A stretch of DNA of 64,000 nt from Candidatus Woesearchaeota archaeon. GTDB lineage: Archaea; Nanobdellota; Nanobdellia; Woesearchaeales; JAZDKJ01. The notes beneath the pieces were generated by a model that had not been told where the DNA came from, ran no database searches, and saw nothing but the letters and a program-made list of their open reading frames with translations. The stretch is taken from assembly GCA_043803105.1 (NCBI GenBank), contig JAZDKJ010000005.1:75566-139565 (forward strand). Reading direction: 5' to 3'. Shown one piece after another: positions 9,088-19,979 of this stretch (the stretch's first letter is position 1; every line of letters begins with the position of its first letter). The translations under genes were made by a program, and so were the position numbers.

Positions 9088-10629
9088 ATGATAAAGCTTG
9101 GGACTTTGCCAGCAAACCCTGGATGCTATTTATTCAAGGATGCAACAAAAAGAGTAATCTATGTAGGAAAGGCAAAAGAGCTGCGCAAGAGAGTTGCAAA
9201 TTACTTTACCAAGAAGAATTTGGATGCAAAGACTGAGGCTCTTGTTGACCACATTGATTCAGTGGAGTTTTTTATAACAAACAATGCGGTTGAAGCGCTA
9301 ATTCTTGAGAACAACCTGATAAAAAGAAACCAGCCAAAATACAACATTAACCTCAAGGACTCCAAAAGATATGCTTATATCCAGATAACAGATGAGGATT
9401 TTCCAAAACTACTCACTGCACGCAAAATCACAGAAGGAAAGTTCTTCGGGCCATTCGTGTCCGGGCTGGAAAGAGACTATGTGCAACAACTGCTTATCAG
9501 GAATTTCAAGATTCGCACATGCAAGGGATTTCCAAAAAGGCCGTGCCTTAGACACCACATCAACCTTTGTGATGCTCCCTGTGTTGGGCATGTAACAAAA
9601 GAGAGATACAATGAGAGGATAACAAGGATAACATCAATACTAAGAGGAAAGACCAGAGAACTCGCAGCAGAACTAAAAGAGCAAATGAGTGAACAATCGA
9701 AGCAGCAAAACTATGAGGCTGCCATAGAAATAAGGGATCAACTCAAAGCAGTTGAGAGCCTTAAGGAAAGACAAACAGTGGAGAGACAAAAAGAGTACAA
9801 TGAAGACATCATCAACTATATTATACGAGACAACAAGGTCTACCTGCTGCTCTTCAACATCTACAAGGGAACGCTATCAAACAAAGACGAGTTTGAATTC
9901 GACTTTTCAGAAGAGTTCCTGGAAGAATTCATAGTGCAATATTATTCGGATCATGAAATACCAAGAGAACTCATCTTGCCAACAGGGGTGGATGAGTCTA
10001 TCGAGCAATATCTTCATAATGTGAAGAGAAAAAAAGTCAATGTCACAATACCAAAAATAGGAGAGAAAAAAGACCTTCTCGAACTAGTAAAGAAAAACAT
10101 TGAGATAAGCTTTTTTGCAGATGAATCCAAGATGGAAGAATTGCAGAAGAAACTTAAGCTGCAGGACATGCCTCGCGTCATTGAATGTTTTGACATCTCG
10201 CATCTGTCAGGAACATCCACGGTTGGCTCCATGGTACAATTCCGCAACGGAAAACCAGACAAAAGCAACTACAGAAGATTCAAGATACAATCAGTAAATG
10301 GAATTGATGACCTTAGGGCAATAGCAGAGATTGTTAGAAGAAGGTATACACGATTAAAAAACGAAAACCTAGAAATGCCTCACTTGGTTGTCATTGATGG
10401 CGGAGTTGGACAACTGAATTTTGCGCTGGAAGAACTAAAGAGACTTGAAATAAGTATACCAACAATATCACTTGCAAAACAATTTGAAGAAGTTCATTTG
10501 CCAGGACTGAAATTCCCTATAAAACCAGAGGGAAAGGCCTTGCGATTCCTTCAAGAGGTAAGGGACGAAGCGCACAGGTTTGCGATAAAATACAACAGAC
10601 TTCTGAGGAGAAAGGAAATAATAGGTTAA
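9088..10629 (+). CDS. uvrC: excinuclease ABC subunit C (no C-terminal HhH)
   Basis: GIY-YIG PGCYLF..IYVGKAK, IECFDISH, IDGGVGQ, RDEAHRFA. Confidence 0.97.
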   Translation: MIKLGTLPANPGCYLFKDATKRVIYVGKAKELRKRVANYFTKKNLDAKTEALVDHIDSVEFFITNNAVEALILENNLIKRNQPKYNINLKDSKRYAYIQITDEDFPKLLTARKITEGKFFGPFVSGLERDYVQQLLIRNFKIRTCKGFPKRPCLRHHINLCDAPCVGHVTKERYNERITRITSILRGKTRELAAELKEQMSEQSKQQNYEAAIEIRDQLKAVESLKERQTVERQKEYNEDIINYIIRDNKVYLLLFNIYKGTLSNKDEFEFDFSEEFLEEFIVQYYSDHEIPRELILPTGVDESIEQYLHNVKRKKVNVTIPKIGEKKDLLELVKKNIEISFFADESKMEELQKKLKLQDMPRVIECFDISHLSGTSTVGSMVQFRNGKPDKSNYRRFKIQSVNGIDDLRAIAEIVRRRYTRLKNENLEMPHLVVIDGGVGQLNFALEELKRLEISIPTISLAKQFEEVHLPGLKFPIKPEGKALRFLQEVRDEAHRFAIKYNRLLRRKEIIG

Positions 10630-10673
10630 ACCACAAGCTTAGATTTAAAAACCTGTAGAGCTTCCAAGAGCAG

Positions 10674-12617
10674 ATGGAATTCAAATTAAAAGCAAGCTTT
10701 AAGCCAGCCGGTTCACAGCCGGAGGCAATAAAGAAGCTCGTTGAAGGGATCAAAAAAGGCTATGACTCCCAGACACTCTTAGGTGTAACGGGCAGCGGAA
10801 AAACTTTCAGTATGGCTAATATCATAGCACAAGTCCAGAAGCCAACACTGGTCTTGGCACATAACAAGACCCTTGCTGCACAACTTTATAACGAATTTAA
10901 GGATTTCTTTCCAGAGAACAGGATAGAATATTTTGTATCATATTATGACTATTACCAGCCTGAAAGCTACATACCGCAAAGAGACCTGTACATTGAGAAG
11001 GATGCCCAGATCAACCCAAAGATAGAGCAGATGAGGCTATCAGCAACAGCTTCGCTGATGTCCAGAAAAGACGTGATTGTGGTGGCGTCAGTATCATGCA
11101 TCTATGGCCTAGGCAATCCTGAAAATTTCAGGAATTTAGGGTTTGAACTGGCAATAAAGCAGGACATGCCAAGAGAGCAGCTGCTAAGAAGGCTCGTCGA
11201 CATACAATACGAAAGAAACGATGTAGAGCTGATACCTGGAAGATTTAGAGTAAAGGGGAACATCATAGACTTGATCCCAGGATACTACAACAACATAATC
11301 AGGATAGAGCTTGAAGAGGATAAAGTGGCAAGCATAAAGGAACTGGACAAGAACACAATGCAGGCAATAGAAAAAATGGACCACTACTACGTATATCCAG
11401 CAAGGCACTTTGTCATAGCACAGGATGAGAAAGAACAGGCAATAGTTGCAATAAAAAAAGAACTGCAAGAGAGGCTGCCAAAGCTAGGGCTGATTGAGGC
11501 GCACAGGCTAAAGCAAAGAACTCTATATGACATAGAAATGATAGAGGAAACAGGATACTGCAAGGGAATAGAAAACTACTCAAGGCATTTTGACAGAAGA
11601 AATGAGGGTGAAAAGCCTTACTGCCTGCTGGACTATTTTCCAGATGACTTCTTGCTTTTTATTGATGAAAGCCACCAAACAATACCCCAACTGCATGGAA
11701 TGTATAACGGAGACAAATCAAGGAAACAAACATTAGTGGATTATGGTTTCAGGTTGCCGTCTGCATTTGACAACAGGCCTTTGAAGTTTGAGGAATTTGA
11801 AACATACATGAAAAAAGTGGTCTACGTATCAGCAACACCCTCAGAATATGAGCTAAAGCACAGCAAGCAAGTGGTTGAACAGATAATCAGGCCTACAGGG
11901 CTAATCGACCCAATTGTTGAGGTCAGGCAAAGCGAGGGCCAGATAGCTGATGTGATAAGGGAAATCAAGGACACAATCGCCAAAGGAAACAGGGTGCTTC
12001 TCACAACACTGACCAAAAAACTTGCGGAAGAGCTAAGCGAGCACTTGGCATCACGGGAAATAAAAACAAGGTACCTGCACTCCGAGGTTGAAACCCTGGA
12101 GAGAACAGAAATAATAAGGCAGCTAAGGCTTGGGAAGTTTGACGTACTCGTGGGAATAAACCTTCTCCGCGAGGGATTGGACATACCGGAGGTTGCGTTC
12201 ATCGGAATACTTGATGCTGACAAGGAAGGCTTTTTGCGAGACACTAGAAGCCTGATACAAACAATAGGAAGGGCAGCGCGAAACACAGAGAGCAGGGTTG
12301 TGCTTTACGCAGATAAGTTGACTGACTCGATAAAGGCAGCGGTAGCAGAAACAAACAGAAGAAGAAGCCTGCAGATGGAATACAACGAGAAGAACAAGAT
12401 AATCCCGAAAACCATCATAAAGCCAATAAGGGACAAAGAGATAGAAGTAGAGGACGTAAAGCACATACCCAAAGCAGACATACCGAACCTATTGATTCAG
12501 CTCGAGGCTGAGATGAGGGAATCTGCAGAGAGGCTTGACTTTGAGAGGGCAATAGCCATAAGAGATCAGATAAAAAGGTTCCGGGGAAGACTAGAGGATA
12601 AGCAGCAAAATTTATAA
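10674..12617 (+). CDS. uvrB: excinuclease ABC subunit B
   Basis: GVTGSGKT, YYDYYQPE, DESH, QTIGRAAR, C-terminal UVR domain. Confidence 0.98.
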   Translation: MEFKLKASFKPAGSQPEAIKKLVEGIKKGYDSQTLLGVTGSGKTFSMANIIAQVQKPTLVLAHNKTLAAQLYNEFKDFFPENRIEYFVSYYDYYQPESYIPQRDLYIEKDAQINPKIEQMRLSATASLMSRKDVIVVASVSCIYGLGNPENFRNLGFELAIKQDMPREQLLRRLVDIQYERNDVELIPGRFRVKGNIIDLIPGYYNNIIRIELEEDKVASIKELDKNTMQAIEKMDHYYVYPARHFVIAQDEKEQAIVAIKKELQERLPKLGLIEAHRLKQRTLYDIEMIEETGYCKGIENYSRHFDRRNEGEKPYCLLDYFPDDFLLFIDESHQTIPQLHGMYNGDKSRKQTLVDYGFRLPSAFDNRPLKFEEFETYMKKVVYVSATPSEYELKHSKQVVEQIIRPTGLIDPIVEVRQSEGQIADVIREIKDTIAKGNRVLLTTLTKKLAEELSEHLASREIKTRYLHSEVETLERTEIIRQLRLGKFDVLVGINLLREGLDIPEVAFIGILDADKEGFLRDTRSLIQTIGRAARNTESRVVLYADKLTDSIKAAVAETNRRRSLQMEYNEKNKIIPKTIIKPIRDKEIEVEDVKHIPKADIPNLLIQLEAEMRESAERLDFERAIAIRDQIKRFRGRLEDKQQNL

Positions 12618-12641
12618 AGCAGACTTGCTGGAATAAGAAAA

Positions 12642-12986
12642 ATGGATGCATGGGGATGGTTTCTGGCTATTATGTTAGTGATTCTAATATTGCTTGTAGC
12701 AGCAATGGTCTTGTTCAAGCCAAAAAAGAAGACTCCCACTGATTATCATGGCCTGTTCATGATAGGCGCACTCTGGGTCATTATAGGCATACCCTTTAGG
12801 AACTATTGGCTTGCAGGAATAGGTGCGATATTCATTGTGGTTGCGCTTGCGAACAAGCACAAATGGAAGAAAAACAAGCAAAGCTGGCAGAAGCTCAACA
12901 GGTCTGAAAAAATCACAAGACTTGTACTATACATTCTGATGGCAATTGTCATCCTGGCTGGCCTCGTAGGGTATTTCAAGCAATGA
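12642..12986 (+). CDS. small membrane protein
   Basis: About 4 hydrophobic segments. Confidence 0.65.
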   Translation: MDAWGWFLAIMLVILILLVAAMVLFKPKKKTPTDYHGLFMIGALWVIIGIPFRNYWLAGIGAIFIVVALANKHKWKKNKQSWQKLNRSEKITRLVLYILMAIVILAGLVGYFKQ

Positions 12987-13471
12987 GAGAGCTGTTCGAC
13001 AATCTACCGAGAATCTCGCTACAAGACAACTGTGACTTTCTCATAGACAGCTGCTTCTTTGTATGGATATTTGAAAAGAACAAGGAGAAGGAGTTTGAAA
13101 GGGTTCTCGAAAAAAGCATATGCGCGATAACATCCTTTAATGCAGACGAACTGGCACATATTAGCCATAGACTAAATGACAAGGTCAGGGAAAGTGCGAG
13201 AAAAGAGTTAAAGAAATCAGAGCACCTTTTCCTCTTGGATGTTCCGGTAAAGCCGGGGAACAAGATGGAGGAAATTGAGTTTGTGAAGCGGATAGTCCCA
13301 GAATTCAATTGTGTGGAGCATGACCCAAGCGATGCTGTAATCCTTGCGGCGGCGGTAAGCACAGGCGCAAATGTGCTCACACGGGATAAGCATGACCTAT
13401 TCAACGCAAGAATGGCGAATTGCCTGAACAGGTATTCTATCAAGGTTCTGAATACCTTTGAAAGGGTCTGA
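12983..13471 (+). CDS. PIN domain protein
   Basis: LIDSC, DPSDAVILAAA, LTRDKH acidic PIN motifs. Confidence 0.8.
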   Translation: MRELFDNLPRISLQDNCDFLIDSCFFVWIFEKNKEKEFERVLEKSICAITSFNADELAHISHRLNDKVRESARKELKKSEHLFLLDVPVKPGNKMEEIEFVKRIVPEFNCVEHDPSDAVILAAAVSTGANVLTRDKHDLFNARMANCLNRYSIKVLNTFERV

Positions 13472-13629
13472 CAACCAGAATGCAACAAGGCCATCTTAGT
13501 CATTATCACTAATGATAATCAAGATCATTGTTGAATTGTCGGATTTTATCAGGGTAGGAGAAACAATTCTTGTTGTTCAATAAGCTTAGCAACAATAGTT
13601 TTATAACAATACCAAATTTCTAAGGGAGC

Positions 13630-15564
13630 ATGGAATTCAAAGGGTTCGTCCTTGACAAGTTCCAAGAAGAAGCAATCAGCTCGATTGAGAAAAACCATTC
13701 TGCAATAGTTTCAGCACCGACAGGAAGCGGAAAGACACTCATAGCAGACTACATAATCGACAGGGAGCTAAAGGTCGGAAAAAGAGTGATATACACATCA
13801 CCTATCAAAGCATTATCAAACCAGAAATACCATGACTTCTGCGAAGATTATGGAGAAGAAAAAATCGGGATAATGACCGGAGACATAGTGATACGCCCTG
13901 AGGCACCGATTCTAATAATGACCACAGAAGTCTACAGAAACAAGGCAATAGTGAGAGACGAAATGCTAAAAGAAATCAGCTATTGCATAATGGACGAAAT
14001 ACACTTCATAGCAGATGAAGAAAGAGGGCATGTCTGGGAAGAGTCAATCATATTTGCGCCGGAACAAACAAGGTTCCTGTTCTTGTCAGCGACTATACCC
14101 AATGCAAGAGAATTTGCATCATGGGTAACCACAATCAAAGAACATAAGGTAGATGTTGTGGAACAAAGCGAGCGTCCTGTGCCGCTAGAAATCTCGTTCT
14201 ATGACTCTGAACTTGGAATCACTACGCTTAAAAAAATAAAAGAAAGAAAAGAGTTAGACAATATTCCTGACTATAAAGAGCTTTTTTCCAGGCATCAAAG
14301 GCATATAACAAGAATCAGGCCACCCGATCTCACTGAACTCATTACTGAACTAAGGAAACAAGAAAGATTGCCTTGCATATGCTTTGTCTTCTCAAGAGCA
14401 AAAACGCAAGAGTACGGATTAAGACTGGCAAAACAGGAGTTTTTGGGTACAGAAGAAAAAACCAAGGTTTCAATGATTGTCTCTGCAGAAATGCAAAAGC
14501 TTAGCCAGGGAGTGAAACAACTAAAGTCAACAATAAACCTTAGAAACTGCATGGCAAAGGGAGTCGCATTCCATAACGCAGGCATGCTGCCAGAGGCAAA
14601 ACATCTTGTGGAAAAACTTTTTTCGATGGGACTGATAAAAGTGCTTTTCGCAACAGAGACTTTTGCTGTAGGAATAAACATGCCTGCGCGAACAGTTGTT
14701 TTTGATTCCCTTAGGAAGTTTACAGGAACAGAGTTTCGGTCAATGAACAGCAAGGAGTTTTTCCAGCTTGCAGGAAGGGCTGGCAGAAGGGGAATAGACA
14801 AGGTGGGATATGCAATAGCAATAATCCACAGGCCAAGCGCAGACCTAGAGCAAATAGCAAAATTCACGAAGAAGGATGACATGCCCATCAAAAGCCAATT
14901 TCGGCTTTCGTATAACTCTGTCCTGAACATGATTGACCTGCATACCAAAGAGGAGATTGAAGTAATACTAAAAATGAACTTTTTCACATTCCAGGAGACC
15001 AAAGGCAACAAGAGAATGGTAAGCCACATAAGGGCAAGGTTTGACAATCTTGCAAAGGAACTACACAAAATGAAGTATGTGGAAAATGGGAAACTAACAG
15101 CGCTTGGCAGGTTCACAACAAAGATATTTTCCAACGAAATAGAAATATCACAATTGTTTGCTGCAACAAACCATGAATTTGACGAATATGACATGCTTTT
15201 GACACTTGGGAGCTTGGTCTATGAAGAAAAAAAAGAGCATCAATTCGAGGCAACCTATCCAACGAAAAAAATCAACAGATTGATGCTGCTGGTACAATCC
15301 AATCCATACCTGCGAAAGCACGAATGGATAAAAAATATGGAGAAAATAACAGCAATATTGTACCCAACATACCAGCAGAAGAAATTTGAGGACATAATGA
15401 AAAACACCAACATGCCTGAGGGCGACCTGATAAGGTTTTTTGGACAGCTAACTGACAAACTGGAACAGATAGACAGGGCCTCAACTGACAGCAGGCAAAG
15501 GCAGATAGTAAGGAATTGCAAGCATCTGATAAAGAATACTCTTTCTGGAATACAGGTACTGTAA
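13630..15564 (+). CDS. Ski2/HelY-like DExH RNA helicase
   Basis: APTGSGKT, SPIKALSNQKY, DEIH, SAT, ATETFAVGINMPA, QLAGRAGRRG. Confidence 0.93.
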   Translation: MEFKGFVLDKFQEEAISSIEKNHSAIVSAPTGSGKTLIADYIIDRELKVGKRVIYTSPIKALSNQKYHDFCEDYGEEKIGIMTGDIVIRPEAPILIMTTEVYRNKAIVRDEMLKEISYCIMDEIHFIADEERGHVWEESIIFAPEQTRFLFLSATIPNAREFASWVTTIKEHKVDVVEQSERPVPLEISFYDSELGITTLKKIKERKELDNIPDYKELFSRHQRHITRIRPPDLTELITELRKQERLPCICFVFSRAKTQEYGLRLAKQEFLGTEEKTKVSMIVSAEMQKLSQGVKQLKSTINLRNCMAKGVAFHNAGMLPEAKHLVEKLFSMGLIKVLFATETFAVGINMPARTVVFDSLRKFTGTEFRSMNSKEFFQLAGRAGRRGIDKVGYAIAIIHRPSADLEQIAKFTKKDDMPIKSQFRLSYNSVLNMIDLHTKEEIEVILKMNFFTFQETKGNKRMVSHIRARFDNLAKELHKMKYVENGKLTALGRFTTKIFSNEIEISQLFAATNHEFDEYDMLLTLGSLVYEEKKEHQFEATYPTKKINRLMLLVQSNPYLRKHEWIKNMEKITAILYPTYQQKKFEDIMKNTNMPEGDLIRFFGQLTDKLEQIDRASTDSRQRQIVRNCKHLIKNTLSGIQVL

Positions 15565-15648
15565 ATTCAACTGGCAGTAATCCAATAGATCGCTTTCTGC
15601 AAAACATTTATATATAAGTTTATATAAAAATATATAAATTTATATAAC

Positions 15649-15789
15649 ATGACCAGAAAGACAATTTCGCTGTCAGTGGACGACAGGGTGCATGCAGAAT
15701 ACATGGCACTATGCAAGAAGAATGGCATAGTCATGTCCAAGCAGATAGAGAACTTCATGCAGGAGATAATTAACCGGTTCAGAAAATGA
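15649..15789 (+). CDS. ribbon-helix-helix regulator (46 aa, not in ORF track)
   Basis: MTRKTISLSVDDRVHAEYMALCKKNGIVMSKQIENFM; ATGA overlap with the protease gene. Confidence 0.7.
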   Translation: MTRKTISLSVDDRVHAEYMALCKKNGIVMSKQIENFMQEIINRFRK

Positions 15790-18700
15790 AGTGCATCTAC
15801 CTTGTTGTCCTCATAATACTTCTCTGCAGTACAGCCTACGCTATTGAGATAGACAAAGGGGTTTATGATGAGCTTGGCAAAAGAGGAAGTGCATCTGTAA
15901 TCGTTGAGCTCAATGACATAAAAACGCCAGGGACACAACTTCAAGCAAGAAAAGTCGGGATAGAGCAGGCAATAGACAACACTCTTAAGAGACTGAAGAA
16001 CCAGAACGGAACAATAAGAGTCATCCACGAATTCGGGAATGTGAATGCCTTTGTTGGAAATATCAGTTACGAAGCGTTATCAAAACTTGCGACAGACAGC
16101 GGCATTAAGAGCATACACCTCAAAGAAACACTGCACATCCAACTGGCAGACACCAGGGAACAGATAAAGGCTGACGAGGCGCAAGGACTTGAGCTAGGTG
16201 GCCTTGGGATTGATGGCAGGGGGCAGACAGTGTGCTTACTTGACACAGGAGTGGACTACACGCACGAGAACCTTGGTGGAGGATATGGAATCAAGGTGAT
16301 TGACGGCCATGACTATGTGAACAACGACAATGACCCGATGGATGACAATGGGCATGGAACACACGTGGCAGGGATAATCATCTCAAACCACACCACCTAC
16401 AGGGGCATTGCACCTGGTGCAAAGATAGTGGCAGTAAAGGTCTGCAAAAGCAACGGAGACTGCGACAATGACAAAATCATAGCCGGAATGGACTGGTGCC
16501 TGAACAATGCGAGCAAATACAACATCTCGGCAATAAGTATCAGCATAGGAGACGGAGAAGCGTACAACAGGAGCACCTGTCCGACATGGATGGACGATGC
16601 ACTAAACCAGGCAAGAGCACAAAACATAGTGGTGAGCGTGAGTTCAGGCAATGACTTCAACAAGGGCGGAATATCATACCCTGCGTGCTCGCCAAACACA
16701 ACCTCAGTTGGGGCAGCATCAAAGGACAACAGCATCACAGACTATTCAAACACAGCAAGCATACTCGACCTTATCGCTCCAGGTGGCGCACCAGGAAATG
16801 AGGTAAGGTCCACAAACCTGGGAGGGGGGTTTGCAGAAAGGTTTGGAACCTCGATGGCAGCGCCGCACGTGGCGGCAACGGTTGCACTACTCAAAGAATT
16901 CTACAGATTACAGGAAGGCAGTGTGCTAATGGCAGATAGAGCAATAGCTGCAATGAAACAAAGCGGGACAAATATCACAGACAGCGGAAACGGGCTTGTG
17001 TTCCCATTAGTCAATGCCTATGACGCAATAAATCAATTAGACAACAGAACTCCGATAATAAACCTGAGCCCTGAGAACGGATTCACAACCAAGAACCTAA
17101 GTTACACAATAAGGGCAACAAGCAACGAAGTGCTAAGAACTGCAATACTTGAGTGGAACGGCACAAACCTGACAATGCAGGGAAAGGGCAGGCTGTGGAA
17201 CTACACAGTAACAGGAAGCACAGAGATGAGATACAAAGTCATTGCAAATGATTCTGCCAACAATTTCGGGATTTCCTCAGTCAATACAATGACCCTAAAC
17301 GACTCAGCTCCAATAATCACTAACCATTATCCTTTGGCAAACAAGAGTGTCAAGGAGCCACTGAACGCAAGCTTCAACATCAGCTATGTTGAACCGAACG
17401 GCCAGGCTGTGCAGATAAACTGGTATAAGAATAATGCAATGGTATCGAACACAACAAAGTACAATTTCCCTGGAAGCTATAGCAGCGCAGGCAACTACAC
17501 AATAAAGGTAGTGCTAAATGACAGCCACTACGCGACAATAATGGAATGGCGACTCTCTGTCAACAACACAAACAGAAAACCGACAATAGCTGCTGCGTGG
17601 ATTAGCCCCACAAGGCCGGGAGACAACTCAAGCCTGAGATGCAACAACGGCAGCATCACAGATGAAGACAATGACAACATTACATTATTCTATGATTGGT
17701 ACAATGGAAGCTGGAGAGGAATAAACAACCCAATATTGATGGAAGGCAACACGAGCTGGCAGAGCAGGTGGAACTGCTCAATAAAGGCGTTTGACGGAAC
17801 AGAAAACTCGACAGCAAAGGTCTCAGCTTCAGTTATAATCAACAACACCGCACCAGCAATCATTGCTAGCAATCCGGCAGACAATCGTATCTCAATCAAG
17901 GAACCGAACAACCAGACATTCAATGTAACGGTAGCGGACAACGATCCCATAACTTTTGTTTGGACAATTAACGGGACAGATACAGGAAGCCAAGGCAGTT
18001 ATGAATTCAAAGGCAATTACAGCTCAAAGGGAAGCTATGCAATAGGCGTTGTGGCAGGCGACGGCAGCCTTAATACAAGCAGGAGCTGGACTCTTGTAGT
18101 CAACCACACAAACAGGCAGCCAGAACAGACGCAAGAGCTAGTCACACAAAAACTGTACCTGAGAGAGAACAATACAATCAACCTCAGCCTATACTTCAGA
18201 GACCCTGACGGTGACAGCCTAAATTACAGCGCCTGGTCAACAAACATTACTGTCACAATAAGTTCAGGCATAGCAACCATCAAGGCAGGCAACCAGACTG
18301 GCAGTTTTCTTGCAAGCATTAATGCAAGCGACGGACTGCTCAAGAAGGAAAACAGCTTCAACGTGACAGTGACAAAGGACAAGGACGGGGATAATCACAA
18401 CTCAATAAACAGTGGAGGGGATGACTGCAATGACAACCAAGCAGACATCTATCCCGGGGCAAGCTGCTCGTCAGAGTGCTACAGCGGGACCTACAGCGAC
18501 CAATGTGCGTGCACAGGTGGCAGGAACACATGCAGGTCATCTGGGGGCGGAGGCGGCGGCGGAGGCAGCGCTGCAACGAAGCTTGCAGGCACTTCACGGT
18601 ATTTTGATAGTATAGAACCTGGACTGGAGGTAAGGGTTTACACAGACATAGCAATAAGTGCTGTAGTGTTTGCAACCAACAAGCCAAAAACAGGTGTGAC

Positions 18701-19361
18701 AATATCAGTAAAGGAAAGCAAACTCAACAGGACAGAAGAGGTGTACCAATACCTGCAGATTGACCATCAAAACCTTGAGGAGAGCGACATAGACCACTTG
18801 ACATTAATCTTCAAAGTGAACAACTCATGGCTAAAAGACCGGGGACAGGTGTTATTGAAAAGAAGGGTGCAAAACCAATGGGAGAGGCTCAATACCACAA
18901 AGATAAATCAAACAGCAGAATACTCATTTTATAGTGCTGTGAGCAAAGGCTTGTCAGTATTTGCTATAACCGCAGAGAAGCGCATGCCTCAAAGCGCAAG
19001 CACTATGATCAAAGAGGCACCCGAACCGCAGCAAATAATCACAGAAAAACCAGTGCAATATACAAGCGAACCAACACCGGAATCAACACAGCCTGCAAAA
19101 GAGACAAAATGGTCAACGAGTATCACAGGTGTAGTACTAACGATTCTAGCTTGCATAATAGTCATCTCAATAGCTGCACAAAGAAGAGGGGCAAACCTCG
19201 GAGAGCTTGACAGGTACCTCGACACAAGGCTTGCGGCAGGAGAGAACGCGGAAGATATAAAGACCAAACTAAGGGTAGAAGGCTGGCCGGAAGAAATAAT
19301 CGAAAAGCAGCTAACAAAGGTGAGGGGAAAGAATTCAGCCCAGGTCATCGATATTAATTAG
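15786..19361 (+). CDS. secreted S8 subtilase with Ig-like repeats, PGF-pre-PGF-like domain and C-terminal TM
   Basis: Signal peptide; triad LLDTG / HGTHVAG / GTSMAAPHVA; many N-x-S/T sites; GLSVFAIT. Confidence 0.9.
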   Translation: MKCIYLVVLIILLCSTAYAIEIDKGVYDELGKRGSASVIVELNDIKTPGTQLQARKVGIEQAIDNTLKRLKNQNGTIRVIHEFGNVNAFVGNISYEALSKLATDSGIKSIHLKETLHIQLADTREQIKADEAQGLELGGLGIDGRGQTVCLLDTGVDYTHENLGGGYGIKVIDGHDYVNNDNDPMDDNGHGTHVAGIIISNHTTYRGIAPGAKIVAVKVCKSNGDCDNDKIIAGMDWCLNNASKYNISAISISIGDGEAYNRSTCPTWMDDALNQARAQNIVVSVSSGNDFNKGGISYPACSPNTTSVGAASKDNSITDYSNTASILDLIAPGGAPGNEVRSTNLGGGFAERFGTSMAAPHVAATVALLKEFYRLQEGSVLMADRAIAAMKQSGTNITDSGNGLVFPLVNAYDAINQLDNRTPIINLSPENGFTTKNLSYTIRATSNEVLRTAILEWNGTNLTMQGKGRLWNYTVTGSTEMRYKVIANDSANNFGISSVNTMTLNDSAPIITNHYPLANKSVKEPLNASFNISYVEPNGQAVQINWYKNNAMVSNTTKYNFPGSYSSAGNYTIKVVLNDSHYATIMEWRLSVNNTNRKPTIAAAWISPTRPGDNSSLRCNNGSITDEDNDNITLFYDWYNGSWRGINNPILMEGNTSWQSRWNCSIKAFDGTENSTAKVSASVIINNTAPAIIASNPADNRISIKEPNNQTFNVTVADNDPITFVWTINGTDTGSQGSYEFKGNYSSKGSYAIGVVAGDGSLNTSRSWTLVVNHTNRQPEQTQELVTQKLYLRENNTINLSLYFRDPDGDSLNYSAWSTNITVTISSGIATIKAGNQTGSFLASINASDGLLKKENSFNVTVTKDKDGDNHNSINSGGDDCNDNQADIYPGASCSSECYSGTYSDQCACTGGRNTCRSSGGGGGGGGSAATKLAGTSRYFDSIEPGLEVRVYTDIAISAVVFATNKPKTGVTISVKESKLNRTEEVYQYLQIDHQNLEESDIDHLTLIFKVNNSWLKDRGQVLLKRRVQNQWERLNTTKINQTAEYSFYSAVSKGLSVFAITAEKRMPQSASTMIKEAPEPQQIITEKPVQYTSEPTPESTQPAKETKWSTSITGVVLTILACIIVISIAAQRRGANLGELDRYLDTRLAAGENAEDIKTKLRVEGWPEEIIEKQLTKVRGKNSAQVIDIN

Positions 19362-19946
19362 CGGCACAATTGAACCTTCAGGCAACCTTGGGCAGGCAGT
19401 ATTGACAAAACAGTCAACAAAATTGAAATCCTGCAGAGAATCCAGGTCAAAAGTATTGTCAATGAAGACATAAGATTTCTTGGCCAGCTTTTCGGAAAGC
19501 GCAAAGGCTTGCTTCAGATGCTCCTGGCCAGGCTTAGTACTTACAAGAAAGCCTAGAGTGGAAGAGCGCAGAAATTTTATCTTGGCAAGCTGCTTCTGCC
19601 TCAACAATGCTTGAACTGAAGAATCATCAATCCCAGAAAGCCTTGAATCAAAAGGGTTGAAGACAAATACGGGCTTTTTAGTCTTCATCTTTATCATCAA
19701 AGGATGGAACTCGCCAGTGCCAACAAAGAGAAAGGAATTGACCTTGGCTTTTTCTGCCTTAGAAACATCGCAACCTAGTACAGAACCTATAAGGATGGAA
19801 CCCTTGAGCTTCCTTGAAAGAGCCTTTACCTGGGCCTCATACTGGACTGTTGTAACAAGGCCAACTGGCTTGGGAAAATCCTTGAACATGAAAAGATTAA
19901 GGTTGACCTTTTGCAGACTCGATGCTTTGATGAAAAGGGTTTTCAT
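19335..19946 (-). CDS. dph2: diphthamide synthesis protein Dph2-like (short)
   Basis: TTVQY, VLGC, GEFHP, STKPGQ, NTACPRL. Confidence 0.8.
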   Translation of the reverse strand: MKTLFIKASSLQKVNLNLFMFKDFPKPVGLVTTVQYEAQVKALSRKLKGSILIGSVLGCDVSKAEKAKVNSFLFVGTGEFHPLMIKMKTKKPVFVFNPFDSRLSGIDDSSVQALLRQKQLAKIKFLRSSTLGFLVSTKPGQEHLKQAFALSEKLAKKSYVFIDNTFDLDSLQDFNFVDCFVNTACPRLPEGSIVPLINIDDLG

Positions 19947-19979
19947 GAGTTGATGAATATGTAGAATGTTAATATAGGT

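Noticed and set aside
14295-15194. Long antisense ORFs (also 26600-27119, 49482-50120, 61644-62225)
   Set aside because: Shadows of well-supported genes on the opposite strand, with no motifs.
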